Shown: one piece after another, positions 1-8,708 of the stretch
Numbering within the stretch: the first letter of the stretch is position 1
Layout of the letters: each line of letters opens with the position of its first letter
Assembly: GCA_035995325.1 (NCBI GenBank)
Contig: DASYKN010000055.1
Span: 13,753-77,752 of the forward strand
Direction: 5' to 3'
DNA: 64,000 bases
Source: Solirubrobacterales bacterium
Lineage (GTDB): Bacteria > Actinomycetota > Thermoleophilia > Solirubrobacterales > 70-9
Notes under the pieces: generated by a model
What the model saw: only the letters and a program-made list of their open reading frames with translations
Database searches by the model: none
What the model was told of the DNA's origin: nothing
Made by a program: the position numbers and the translations under genes

Positions 1-1728
1 GGATTTGCGCTGCTGATGGCGGTCGGCGCGATCTTCGCGGCGCCCACGAGCGCCGGCGCGGCGATGATCCCGGTGGCGACCACGAGCGACGTCTCCGCCG
101 TGCAGTGCACCCTGCGCGACGCGATCGTCGCCGCCAACACCGACGCCTTCACCGGGGGGTGCCCGCCCGGCAGCGCCTCCCCCGCCGTCGACACGATCCA
201 GTTCAACCTGGGAATCGGCAGCTCGATCATCGCCGCCACGCCGCTGCCGGCGATCGTCGGCAGCGTCGTCATCGCCGGTCCCGGGGCGGGATCGCTGACG
301 GTCTCGGGCGGCGACGCGACCTCTCTCTTCCAGGTCGAATCCTCCGGCTCGGCCCTGATCGTCGGGCTGACGATCGCGCACGCCAAATGCGCGTTCGCGT
401 GTGGGGTCCTCAACCTCGGGGACCTGAAGCTGTCCGGGGTCGTCGTCGAGCAGAACGTCGCGACCGCAACGGGTGGCGCCAGCATCTTTCCCGAGGCGGG
501 CGGGATCTACAACGCCGGCACGCTGCTGCTTAGCCAGAGCGCCGTCAGGGACAACAGCGTGATCGCAAGCGGCGGCAGCAGCCAGAACGGCCCCGCCGGA
601 GGCGGCATCTACAACAACAGCGGCGCCAGCCTGACGATCCGCCACAGCACGATCAGCGGCAACAAAGCCCTCGCCACGGCCGGGGCCGGCGGGACGGCCA
701 ACGCCATCGGCGGCGGCATCTCCAATGCCGGCGAACTGGTGATCGGGAGGAGCACGATCAGCGGCAACAGCGCCAGCGGCAGCGGCAGCGCCAGCTTCAA
801 CGAAGGCCAGGGAGGCGGCATTCAGAACGCCAACTCGGCGGCGGTCAAAGTCTCGATCGCCGACAGCACGATCAGCGGCAACACCGCCAGCGGCAGTGGC
901 GGCACCTCGCCGGCCAGCAGCGGCGGCGGCCTCACGATCTACGGCTCGTCGTTCTCGGTGCGGAACTCGACGATCGCCGGCAACGCCGCCAAAACGGGCG
1001 CCAACGCGTTCGTCTCCGCGACGGTGACGTTCGCCAGCACGATCGTCGCCCAGCCGCTGGGCGGAGGACTGAACTGCAGCAGCGCCGTCAAAGTGGTCTC
1101 CGCCGGCTTCAATCTCGAGGATGCCGAAAGCTGCGGCTTCATACAGGCGAGCGACCGCTCCAAAACCGACCCGCTGCTAGTGCCGGGCGGCCCTACGGAC
1201 AATGGCGGCCCGACCCCGACGATCGCGCTGTCGAGCGACAGCCCCGCGATCGACCAGGGCCTCGCAGCGGTGGGTGAAACCGAGGACCAGCGCGACCTCA
1301 ACCGCCCGGTTGACCTGCCCGCGGTCCCCAACGCCGTCGGCGGCGATGGCACCGACATCGGGGCTTTCGAGGTCCAGCTCCCCGACCCCGGCCCGGCGCC
1401 GCCCGCCCCGACCCCACCCGCCGACTCCGGCCCGACCCCGCCGCCGAAATCCGAGCCAGTCGGCGACACGGTTGCCCCCAAAGTCACTTTGAAAGGCCTG
1501 AAGAAGACCACTCGCAAGCGCAGCCTCAAGATCCGCTTCGCCTCTTCGGAGGCCGGCTCGTCCTTCCGCTGCAAGCTCGACAAAAAGGCCTTCAAGCCGT
1601 GCCGCTCGCCGTTCGGCGCGAGCGGACTCGCGCTCGGCCCCCACGTCTTCACCGTGATCGCGACGGACCCAGCCGGCAACGCCGGCAAGGCGGCCCGGAA
1701 GGCGTTCCGGGTCCTCGCGGGTAAGTAA
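1..1728 (+). CDS. Secreted right-handed beta-helix repeat protein (choice-of-anchor-Q / Pmp-like repeats) with a C-terminal Cys-containing Ig-like module. The 5' end is probably outside the window.
   Basis: ORF 16..1728. The reading frame is open from base 1 and starts inside a signal-peptide-like h-region (GFALLMAVGAIFAAPTSAGA). It has a CTLRDAIVAAN motif and many GGGIxN / STISGN repeats. The tail reads SSFRCKLDKKAFKPCRSPF...HVFTVIATDPAGN. Confidence 0.7.
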   Translation, partial: GFALLMAVGAIFAAPTSAGAAMIPVATTSDVSAVQCTLRDAIVAANTDAFTGGCPPGSASPAVDTIQFNLGIGSSIIAATPLPAIVGSVVIAGPGAGSLTVSGGDATSLFQVESSGSALIVGLTIAHAKCAFACGVLNLGDLKLSGVVVEQNVATATGGASIFPEAGGIYNAGTLLLSQSAVRDNSVIASGGSSQNGPAGGGIYNNSGASLTIRHSTISGNKALATAGAGGTANAIGGGISNAGELVIGRSTISGNSASGSGSASFNEGQGGGIQNANSAAVKVSIADSTISGNTASGSGGTSPASSGGGLTIYGSSFSVRNSTIAGNAAKTGANAFVSATVTFASTIVAQPLGGGLNCSSAVKVVSAGFNLEDAESCGFIQASDRSKTDPLLVPGGPTDNGGPTPTIALSSDSPAIDQGLAAVGETEDQRDLNRPVDLPAVPNAVGGDGTDIGAFEVQLPDPGPAPPAPTPPADSGPTPPPKSEPVGDTVAPKVTLKGLKKTTRKRSLKIRFASSEAGSSFRCKLDKKAFKPCRSPFGASGLALGPHVFTVIATDPAGNAGKAARKAFRVLAGK

Positions 1729-1758
1729 ATCCCGGGGTGTACATAGGATCCACCCCTC

Positions 1759-2535
1759 ATGGGGAGGCACTGTTCATTCTGTGGGACCGAACTAACCGAT
1801 GAGACGGCCAGCTTCTGCCGTGGCTGCGGCGCACCGGTGGGGAGCCCTACCGGTGAGGTGAAGAAACGCTCGTCCCGGCTTTTGCCATTCGTTGTCATTG
1901 GTGTTGTCCTGATCGCGCTGGGAGCGGGTGTCGTCCTGCTGGTGTCCGGTAGTGACCCGGAGCAGAGCCCAGCCCTGGCCTCGCTGCCGCTTCCGCAGGA
2001 AGTGCCGCCGGACATCGCGGTAGTGATCGACGTCCCCTCCTCCCAGGGTGAGGTGAGCAGCCGCGAGTTCGATCGCGCGATGGAGCAGCAGGCGGCGCAG
2101 AAGAAATTGAAGACCGTTCCCGCGGAGGGTGAGGCCGGATACGAAGAACTCGAGCAGGCCGCGCTGGGCGAACTCCTCGACTCGATCTGGATCCGGGGGC
2201 AGGCGGCCGAAATGGGCGTCTCGGTGACGCCCGCCCAGGTGACCGCCGAACTCGAGAACATCAAGCGACGGAGCTTCAAGTCCGAAGCCGAATACCAAAC
2301 GTTCCTCGCAAGCTCTCACTTCAGCGAGCGCGACACCCGCGAACGCGTCGAGCTGCAGCTACTCAGCACCGATCTGCAGGACAAGGTTGGGAGCGGCGCC
2401 AAGACGAAGGCCGAGGGTGAAAAGGACTTCGCGAAGTTCGTCTCCAGCTACCAGCGCCGGTGGCGGTCGCGGACCGTCTGCGCCCCCGAGTTCGCCAACG
2501 AGAGGTGCGCGAACGGGGAGGCTCCCGAAGGGTGA
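1759..2535 (+). CDS. Zinc-ribbon, single-pass membrane protein with a SurA-N/PpiD-like chaperone domain
   Basis: The N-terminus CSFCGTEL...FCRGCGAP is a zinc ribbon. A TM helix follows (LLPFVVIGVVLIALGAGVVLLV), then a SurA_N-like region (EYQTFLASSHFSERDTRERVELQLL). Confidence 0.6.
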   Translation: MGRHCSFCGTELTDETASFCRGCGAPVGSPTGEVKKRSSRLLPFVVIGVVLIALGAGVVLLVSGSDPEQSPALASLPLPQEVPPDIAVVIDVPSSQGEVSSREFDRAMEQQAAQKKLKTVPAEGEAGYEELEQAALGELLDSIWIRGQAAEMGVSVTPAQVTAELENIKRRSFKSEAEYQTFLASSHFSERDTRERVELQLLSTDLQDKVGSGAKTKAEGEKDFAKFVSSYQRRWRSRTVCAPEFANERCANGEAPEG

Positions 2536-2551
2536 CCGCAGGTGCCTTGGG

Positions 2552-3196
2552 TCAGGCTCGGGCCGCGCGCCGGTTCCAGGTTCGCTCGGTCTGCCGCAGC
2601 AGCGCCGGGTAGACGACCAGGTAGCGGAAGGGCTTGATCAGCGCCATGTACCCCTGGCCGAAGAGGCCGCGCGGTTTCACGTAGACGGCCATCTGGCCCT
2701 GGTAGTGGCCCTCGCCCTGGTCGGCCCAGGCCAGGTGCATGACGCCGTGGACGGTCCGGTTCGAGATCTCGGCGGCGAACTCGGTCTCGGTGCGGAAGAG
2801 GGGGGCGAAGGGCAGCGAGCCGAAGTCCAGTCCCGCCGCGGAGCCGCGCAGGTCGTCCGGCAGCCGCGCCGCCAGTGAGTTTTCGCTCGTGCCCGGGATC
2901 GCCAGCCCCCAGTCCGCGCCGTCCTCGCTTGGAGTCGAGATCCGGCCGAGGTCGAGCCATTTGCCGAGGCGGTCGCGGATGCCCCACAGCACCCGGGTTG
3001 GCAGCGATTCCGCGCTGGCCGGGTCGGAGGAGGCCATCAGCTCGAGCAGATCCTCGAACTCCCCGGCGCCTCCCCGCGCCGGCAGCGCCCAGACGTCCTC
3101 GAGGACGAAGTCCGGCACGATCTCGCGAACCCGCCAGGGCCCGGACTCATGCACCGAGTTCGGGATCCGGCCGCTCTCCGTCGTTCCATACGTCAT
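2552..3196 (-). CDS. DUF2867-like hypothetical protein
   Basis: This is the C-terminal 215 codons of ORF 2552..3373. The ATG at 3196 (MTYGTTESG) lies divergent from the TetR gene. The upstream part of the ORF is Arg/Pro-rich shadow. Confidence 0.55.
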   Translation of the reverse strand: MTYGTTESGRIPNSVHESGPWRVREIVPDFVLEDVWALPARGGAGEFEDLLELMASSDPASAESLPTRVLWGIRDRLGKWLDLGRISTPSEDGADWGLAIPGTSENSLAARLPDDLRGSAAGLDFGSLPFAPLFRTETEFAAEISNRTVHGVMHLAWADQGEGHYQGQMAVYVKPRGLFGQGYMALIKPFRYLVVYPALLRQTERTWNRRAARA

Positions 3197-3249
3197 CGTA
3201 TGGATTCTAGGCCCGCCGCTTGCGATTGTCAATACGGTGGCGTATAGAT

Positions 3250-3804
3250 ATGGCGATGGCCAAGGCCCGGACCCCACGCAGCGCCTGGATCGAGGCGGCG
3301 ACGCAGGCGCTGGCCGTGGCAGGGCCGGATGCGGTGCGGGTCGAGGCGCTGGCCAAGGGCCTGGGGGTCTCAAAGGGGGGCTTCTACTGGCACTTCGACG
3401 ACCGCGGGGCGCTGCTGGAGGAGACGCTCGACGCCTGGGAGCAGGCCGGGACCGAGGACGTCATCGCCTTCGTCGACGGCGGCCCGGACGATCCCCCCGC
3501 GAAGCTGCGCCGGCTCTTCGAGCTGGCCCCCTCGGCGAAAGGGCTGTTCGCGGTCGAGCTGGCGCTGCGCGACTGGTCGCGCCGCGACCGTGAGGTCGCC
3601 AAGCGGCTGCGCCGGGTCGACGATCGCCGCATGGCCTACCTGCGCCAGCTCTTCGGGCAGTTCTGCGCCGACGAGGACGACGCCGAGGCCCGCACGATGC
3701 TGGCCTACTCTCTGTTCATCGGCAGCTACTTCGTGATGACGAAGCAGGGCAAGAGGTCCCGCGCTGAGGTGCAGGGGCTCGCGATCGAGCGGCTGCTCGA
3801 ATGA
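3250..3804 (+). CDS. TetR/AcrR family transcriptional regulator
   Basis: N-terminal HTH: RSAWIEAATQALAVAGPDAVRVEALAKGLGVSKGGFYWHF. Start taken at the ATG at 3250. Confidence 0.85.
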   Translation: MAMAKARTPRSAWIEAATQALAVAGPDAVRVEALAKGLGVSKGGFYWHFDDRGALLEETLDAWEQAGTEDVIAFVDGGPDDPPAKLRRLFELAPSAKGLFAVELALRDWSRRDREVAKRLRRVDDRRMAYLRQLFGQFCADEDDAEARTMLAYSLFIGSYFVMTKQGKRSRAEVQGLAIERLLE

Positions 3805-4181
3805 GCGGGGGGTCCGAGATGAGCCGTCCCGTCCTGCTCTACGACGGCGACTGTGCCTTTTGCACCACCTGCGTGCAGCTGCTGGAAAGGCGGATCCACC
3901 CCGACGCCGAGATCGTCCCCTGGCAGTTCGCCGACCTCGCCGCGCTGGGGGTTACCGAGGCGCAGGCGACCGACGCCCTGCAGTGGATCGAAGCCGGCGG
4001 CGCCATTCGCTCGGGGCACGAGGCGGTCGCCGCGATGCTGATCAGCTCGGCCCCGCTCTGGCGGCTCGCCGGCCGCGTCCTGCTGCTGCCGGGGGTTTCC
4101 TGGGCGGCGGCCCGGGCCTACCGGCTGATCGCCGCCAACCGCCACCGGCTGCCTGGAGGCACGCCCGCCTGCGCGCGCTAG
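3801..4181 (+). CDS. Thiol-disulfide oxidoreductase, DCC family (DUF393)
   Basis: LLYDGDCAFCTTCV motif. The ATGA start/stop overlap with the TetR gene implies an operon. Confidence 0.8.
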   Translation: MSGGSEMSRPVLLYDGDCAFCTTCVQLLERRIHPDAEIVPWQFADLAALGVTEAQATDALQWIEAGGAIRSGHEAVAAMLISSAPLWRLAGRVLLLPGVSWAAARAYRLIAANRHRLPGGTPACAR

Positions 4182-4225
4182 CCGGCGAACGGGTAGGGAG
4201 AGCCAGACCGGCCAAGGAGAACGTG

Positions 4226-4660
4226 ATGCAGATGACCAGGAAGACGATCCGCCTGCAGGCGCAGCCGCGCGGCTTTCACCTGGTCACCGCCGAGGTTCTC
4301 GACGCCCTGCCCGAGCTGCGCGAGTTCTCAGTCGGGATCCTGCACCTGCTGATCCAGCACACCTCCGCCTCCCTGGCCCTGAGCGAGAACGCCTCGCCGG
4401 AAGTGCGGCACGACTTCGAGGCCTGGTTCGACCGCGCGGTGCCCGAAGGCGCCCCCTACTGGACCCACACCCTCGAGGGCGATGACGACATGCCCGCCCA
4501 CATAAAGGCGGCCCTGCTGGGCCCGACCCTGACCCTGCCACTGAGCGACGGCCGTCCCGCGCTCGGGACCTGGCAGGGCATCTACCTCTGTGAGCATCGG
4601 GACCACGGCGGCCCGCGGTCCTTGGTCGCGACGGCCTGGGGTGAGGCGGCCGGCGGCTGA
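4226..4660 (+). CDS. YjbQ/UPF0047 family secondary thiamine-phosphate synthase-like protein
   Basis: GILHLLIQHTSASLALSENASPEVRHD...DDMPAHIKAALLGP is typical of the family. An AAGGAGA RBS sits at 4214-4220. The upstream part of ORF 3860..4660 is discarded. Confidence 0.85.
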   Translation: MQMTRKTIRLQAQPRGFHLVTAEVLDALPELREFSVGILHLLIQHTSASLALSENASPEVRHDFEAWFDRAVPEGAPYWTHTLEGDDDMPAHIKAALLGPTLTLPLSDGRPALGTWQGIYLCEHRDHGGPRSLVATAWGEAAGG

Positions 4661-4675
4661 GCCAGCCAGCGCGCG

Positions 4676-5167
4676 CTACTTGGCCAGTTTCGCCTTCCAG
4701 GTCCCGTGGCCGGAGCAGCCGCTGCCGTCGGCGGAGGTGATCGTGTAGGTGCCCGACGCCTGCTTGCCGGTGATCTTGCCCTGGAAGACGGCCTTGACGC
4801 TGGCGGTCCCGTAGACGACGTCTTCGCCGACCTGGCTCACGACTTCGACCGAGCCCTGTTCGCTCGCGTTGAACTTGCCCCCCGGCGCCGGGACCGCGGC
4901 GGCTTTGGCGCCGAACGGGTAGTCGAAGCCATCCCTGATCCCGCCGGTCCCGCAGGCGAAGGGCATATTGATCTCGAACTTCTTCGCCTTGCCGCCCTGG
5001 TAGGTGAAGTAGATCGGCGGCTGGTCGTGGCTTTCCTGTTCGATCGCCGACTTCGCCTTGCCGCCGTAGTCGCCGACGGCGGGGGCGGATGACTTGGCGA
5101 CCAGGTTGGGAGCGAGGATCGCGAAGCAGGCGACGCAGGCCGCCAGGGCGATTGCAAGACGAGTCAT
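4676..5167 (-). CDS. Secreted hypothetical protein
   Basis: N-terminal signal peptide MTRLAIALAACVACFAILAP. Coding-like composition. No recognisable domain. Confidence 0.6.
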   Translation of the reverse strand: MTRLAIALAACVACFAILAPNLVAKSSAPAVGDYGGKAKSAIEQESHDQPPIYFTYQGGKAKKFEINMPFACGTGGIRDGFDYPFGAKAAAVPAPGGKFNASEQGSVEVVSQVGEDVVYGTASVKAVFQGKITGKQASGTYTITSADGSGCSGHGTWKAKLAK

Positions 5168-5251
5168 CGGTGAGGCCTTTCGTCGTGCTGCTTCCCAGAC
5201 GCGCTCAGCCTAATTCACGCCGGTGACGAAAGCGGGGCTTACGATGCTGCG

Positions 5252-6463
5252 GTGGCTCCCGTTACTCGGATCGCGATCGTCGTGCTGCTGGCTTTCGGCG
5301 CGCTCGCGCTTCCCACCTCTGCGGTTGCGAGCGGCTCCGGGGAAGCCGACGCCTCGATCGGCTTCGAGCCGGTCCCGCTCTCCCTCGCCGCTGACGCAGC
5401 CGGCCACGTCTACCTCTCGCACCCCCAGGGCAGCGCTCAGATCCAGCAGTACTCCGCCGACGGCGCCCTGCTGGCGGACTGGGGCAACTTCGCCCGCTCC
5501 GGCAGCGCCCTCCAGCCCCGCGGCGTCGCCACCGACGCCGCCGGCGACCTCTACGTCGGCGACAGCAGCCGCGACCTGCTCTCCGTGCTGGGGCCGGATG
5601 GCGCCACGCTGCGCCAGTGGAAAGCGGACAGCCGCGACCTCGCCGTCGGTGCCGGTGGAGACGTCTACGTCGCCGGCCCCCATGAAGTCCAGCGCTTCGC
5701 CGCGGACGGCGCCCTCCTCTCCAAGTGGGGAGCGGGCGGCGAGGGCGACGGGCAGTTCGGCTCGGTCTACGGCATCGACACGAGCCCCTCGGGCCTCGTC
5801 TACGTCGCCGACACCTACTCGAGCCGGATCCAGGTCTTCAGCGCCGACGGCGCCTTCGTCACGAAGTGGGGGAGCTTCGGCTGCGACGAGGGCGAGTTCG
5901 TCTACCCATACGGCATCGCCACCGATGCCGCCGGCGACGTCTACGTCGCCGACACCGCCAACGCCCGGATCCAGAAGTTCAGCGGCAGCGGCGCCTTCCT
6001 CGGCTCCTGGGGTGGCCACGGCCGCGGTCCCGGGCGCTTCTACACCCCGACCTCCGTCGCCACCGACCCTGCCGGGTTCGTCTACGTCGCCGACGCGGGC
6101 GAACCGTACCCCGACCCCGGCGGCGCCCGGGTGCAGAAATTCACCGCCAGCGGCGAGTTCGTCACCGAGTGGGGGGACATCCCCAACCGCCGTCCGCCGC
6201 GGCCGCGCCTCGCGGGGGAGATCGCGCCACGGACCACGCAGGACTCCATCGCTTTTCGCTTCAGCTCCCCTCAGGAAGGCGCCCGCTTCCAGTGCCGGCT
6301 GAGCGGCGATGGCGTCGCGGCGAAGCTGCGCCCCTGGGGCGCCTGCACCTCGCCGAAACGCTACGCCCAGCTCCGACCGGGCCGCAAGCTCTTCCACCTG
6401 CGCGCGCTCGCGCCCTCGGGGATAAGCGGCCAGGTCCGCCGCTCCTGGCTGATCGTCGGCTAG
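5252..6463 (+). CDS. Secreted NHL-repeat beta-propeller protein with a C-terminal Cys-containing module
   Basis: Signal peptide, then six repeats of the type GxxGxxxGQFxxPxGIAxDxxGxVYVAD. The tail reads FRFSSPQEGARFQCRLSGD...WGACTSP. Confidence 0.8.
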   Translation: MAPVTRIAIVVLLAFGALALPTSAVASGSGEADASIGFEPVPLSLAADAAGHVYLSHPQGSAQIQQYSADGALLADWGNFARSGSALQPRGVATDAAGDLYVGDSSRDLLSVLGPDGATLRQWKADSRDLAVGAGGDVYVAGPHEVQRFAADGALLSKWGAGGEGDGQFGSVYGIDTSPSGLVYVADTYSSRIQVFSADGAFVTKWGSFGCDEGEFVYPYGIATDAAGDVYVADTANARIQKFSGSGAFLGSWGGHGRGPGRFYTPTSVATDPAGFVYVADAGEPYPDPGGARVQKFTASGEFVTEWGDIPNRRPPRPRLAGEIAPRTTQDSIAFRFSSPQEGARFQCRLSGDGVAAKLRPWGACTSPKRYAQLRPGRKLFHLRALAPSGISGQVRRSWLIVG

Positions 6464-6467
6464 ACGC

Positions 6468-6872
6468 TCAGCCCTGAGGTTGGACGATCTCCTGGACGGC
6501 CCAGCCGTTGCCGTCCGGGTCGGCGAAGAAGACGAAGCGGCCCCAGGGGAACTCCTGCACCTCGCTCGCCTCGATCCCGCGCTCGATCAGCTCCGCCCTG
6601 GCGGCGTCGGCGTCCGCGACGACCAGCTGCAAGCCCGAGACGCTGCCCGGCGCCATCTGGTGCGCGCCGGTGGTCAGCGCGATCGAGCAGGCCGAGCCGG
6701 GCGGGGTCAGCTGCACGAAGCGCAGCTCCTCGCTCACCTGGTGGTCGTGTTCGGCGAGGAAGCCGATCCGCTCGACGTAGAAGGCCTTGGCCCGGTCCAC
6801 GTCGGAGACCGGGACCTGCACCAGCTCCAGCCGCCACTCGATCTTCGATGCCGTGTTTCCCGCATCCGCCAT
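6468..6872 (-). CDS. VOC (glyoxalase/bleomycin-resistance) family protein
   Basis: VPVSDVDRAKAFYVERIGF ... FFADPDGNGWAVQE. Confidence 0.85.
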   Translation of the reverse strand: MADAGNTASKIEWRLELVQVPVSDVDRAKAFYVERIGFLAEHDHQVSEELRFVQLTPPGSACSIALTTGAHQMAPGSVSGLQLVVADADAARAELIERGIEASEVQEFPWGRFVFFADPDGNGWAVQEIVQPQG

Positions 6873-6958
6873 TTTCAGCTCCTCTCGCCAGCCGAGCGTC
6901 CTATGATCTCTTGCTCGGTAAGTTCCTTATCTACCAAGTATCTTAGCTACTAAGAGAC

Positions 6959-7429
6959 ATGTCCGCAAGTCCGAAGAGAGAGCTGATCCAGGGGCTGATC
7001 GCCGCCTTCCGCGCCAGCGGCAACCAGGACAGCGCCTTCGAAAACCTCGCCGCCGACCGGCTCGGGGTCAACCGCACCGACCTGCACTGCTTGAACGCGA
7101 TCGAGAACGCCGGCGGCCTCAGCGCCGGGCAGCTGGCGGCCGCGGTGGGATTGACCAGCGGCGCGGTGACCGGCGTCGTCGACCGGCTCGAGCGGTCCGG
7201 CTTCGCCCGCCGCGTCGCCGACCCCGCCGACCGCCGCCGCGTCAAGGTCGAGGTGACCCCCGAGTTCTACGCCCGCGCCGAGCGGATCTGGGGCCCGCTG
7301 GCGGCGGAGTGGGAGGCCTCCCTGGCCAGCCACTTCACCGCCGCCGAACTGGCCCGTGTGACCGAGTTCCTGCGCCTCACCAACGAGGTCGGCAAACGCC
7401 ACCTCGACCGCCTGGAGCGGGAGAGCTGA
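6959..7429 (+). CDS. MarR family transcriptional regulator
   Basis: Winged-helix region LSAGQLAAAVGLTSGAVTGVVDRLERSGFARRVADPADRRRV. Confidence 0.85.
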   Translation: MSASPKRELIQGLIAAFRASGNQDSAFENLAADRLGVNRTDLHCLNAIENAGGLSAGQLAAAVGLTSGAVTGVVDRLERSGFARRVADPADRRRVKVEVTPEFYARAERIWGPLAAEWEASLASHFTAAELARVTEFLRLTNEVGKRHLDRLERES

Positions 7430-7443
7430 AGCTGGACCGCTGC

Positions 7444-7704
7444 CTAGGCCTCCTCGAGCAGGACCAGCGTCTCGGGGCGGACGCCGTCGTTCTGCATCGC
7501 CGCCGCTGCCTCATCGGTCGCCAGCATCTCCTGCAGGGCAGAGATGTCGGGCACGTCGAGGATCAACCCGACCCGGTTTGAGCCTTTCTGGTCCTTGAAG
7601 GTCCGGACCGAGATCCCGGCCGGCCCGAAGAACTCATCCCGTTTGGGCGAGCTGAGCCACCTGTCGACATCGTCCACCTCGTGAACAACAAGCACCGTTG
7701 GCAT
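7444..7704 (-). CDS. Small hypothetical protein (86 aa)
   Basis: ATG at 7704 (MPTVLVVHEV...) within ORF 7444..7767. Coding-like composition. No domain recognised. Confidence 0.5.
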   Translation of the reverse strand: MPTVLVVHEVDDVDRWLSSPKRDEFFGPAGISVRTFKDQKGSNRVGLILDVPDISALQEMLATDEAAAAMQNDGVRPETLVLLEEA

Positions 7705-7844
7705 CGTCTTTTGTCTCCCTTTTCGGCGGGAACCCACCCGCGCTGACGTTGGTTGGATGGGGAGCATCTCACCCCCGGTCGAAGCGCTCGTCCTATCGAG
7801 CGAATCAGCGGCGCCAGCGTCGCGGGCGCAGTACCGTCAGCTCG

Positions 7845-8708
7845 ATGCGGATCGCCACCTGGAACGTGAACTCGGCCAAGCAACGGCTGCCGCGCTTGCT
7901 CCCGTGGCTGGACCAGCGCAACCCGGACGTGGTCTGCCTGCAGGAGACGAAGCTCGCCGACGAAGCGCTGCTCGTCCTGCTCGGCGACGAGCTGACGAGC
8001 CGCGGTTTCGAGGTCGCCGTGCATGGAGAGGCGAGCTGGAACGGCGTCGCGATCTTCTCGCGCGTCGGCTTGGAGGACGTCGTTCCGGGCCTCGCGGGCG
8101 CTCCCGGCTTCCCGCATCCGGAGGCGCGGGCGCTGGCGGCGACCTGCGGCGGCATCCGCGTTCACTCGGTCTACGTCCCCAACGGCCGCGAGCCGGGCTC
8201 CGACCACTACGAGTACAAGCTCGCCTGGCTGGCCGCGCTGCGCGAGGCGGTGGCCGCGGGCCCGGAGGCGGTGCTTGTCTGCGGCGACGTCAACATCGCC
8301 CCGGCCGACGCGGACGTCTTCGACCCGGCGGCCTACGCGGGGCAGACGCACGTGACGCCGCCGGAGCGCGCCGCCTTGGCGGAGCTGCAGGCGCTGGGGT
8401 TGCGCGATGTCGTCCGCGACCGCTGGCCGGGCGAGCGGGTCTTCAGCTACTGGGACTACCGGGCCGGGATGTTCCACCGCGACCTGGGGATGCGGATCGA
8501 CCTGGTCCTCGCCAGCGCCCCGGTCGCCGCCCGGGTGCGCGCGGCCTGGGTCGACCGCCTGGCGCGCAAAGGCAAGGGGCCGAGCGACCACGCGCCGGTC
8601 GTCGTCGACCTCGACGAGGCCCCCGACGGGGACATCGGCCCCGTGGTGCCGCCGCCCTCGGCGCCGGTCACGAAGCGCGGCGCGGCCAAGCTGCCGCAGT
8701 CGCCCTAG
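7845..8708 (+). CDS. xthA: Exodeoxyribonuclease III
   Basis: MRIATWNVNSAKQRLPRLLPWL...VVCLQETK ... PSDHAPVVVDL. Start at the ATG at 7845 inside ORF 7698..8708. Confidence 0.9.
   Translation: MRIATWNVNSAKQRLPRLLPWLDQRNPDVVCLQETKLADEALLVLLGDELTSRGFEVAVHGEASWNGVAIFSRVGLEDVVPGLAGAPGFPHPEARALAATCGGIRVHSVYVPNGREPGSDHYEYKLAWLAALREAVAAGPEAVLVCGDVNIAPADADVFDPAAYAGQTHVTPPERAALAELQALGLRDVVRDRWPGERVFSYWDYRAGMFHRDLGMRIDLVLASAPVAARVRAAWVDRLARKGKGPSDHAPVVVDLDEAPDGDIGPVVPPPSAPVTKRGAAKLPQSP

Noticed and set aside
939-2279. Long antisense or overlapping ORFs throughout the track. Examples: 939..2279(-), 5210..6397(-), 7563..9476(-), 7757..10081(+), 23527..25032(-), 27558..29180(+), 36057..37262(-), 43866..45365(-), 48073..49830(+), 49737..51206(+), 57806..59458(+), 60365..61690(+).
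   Set aside because: Each overlaps a gene with clear family motifs on the other strand or in another frame. Their translations are Arg/Pro/Gly/Ala-rich low-complexity strings, as expected for stop-codon-poor shadow frames in very GC-rich DNA. None carries a recognisable motif.
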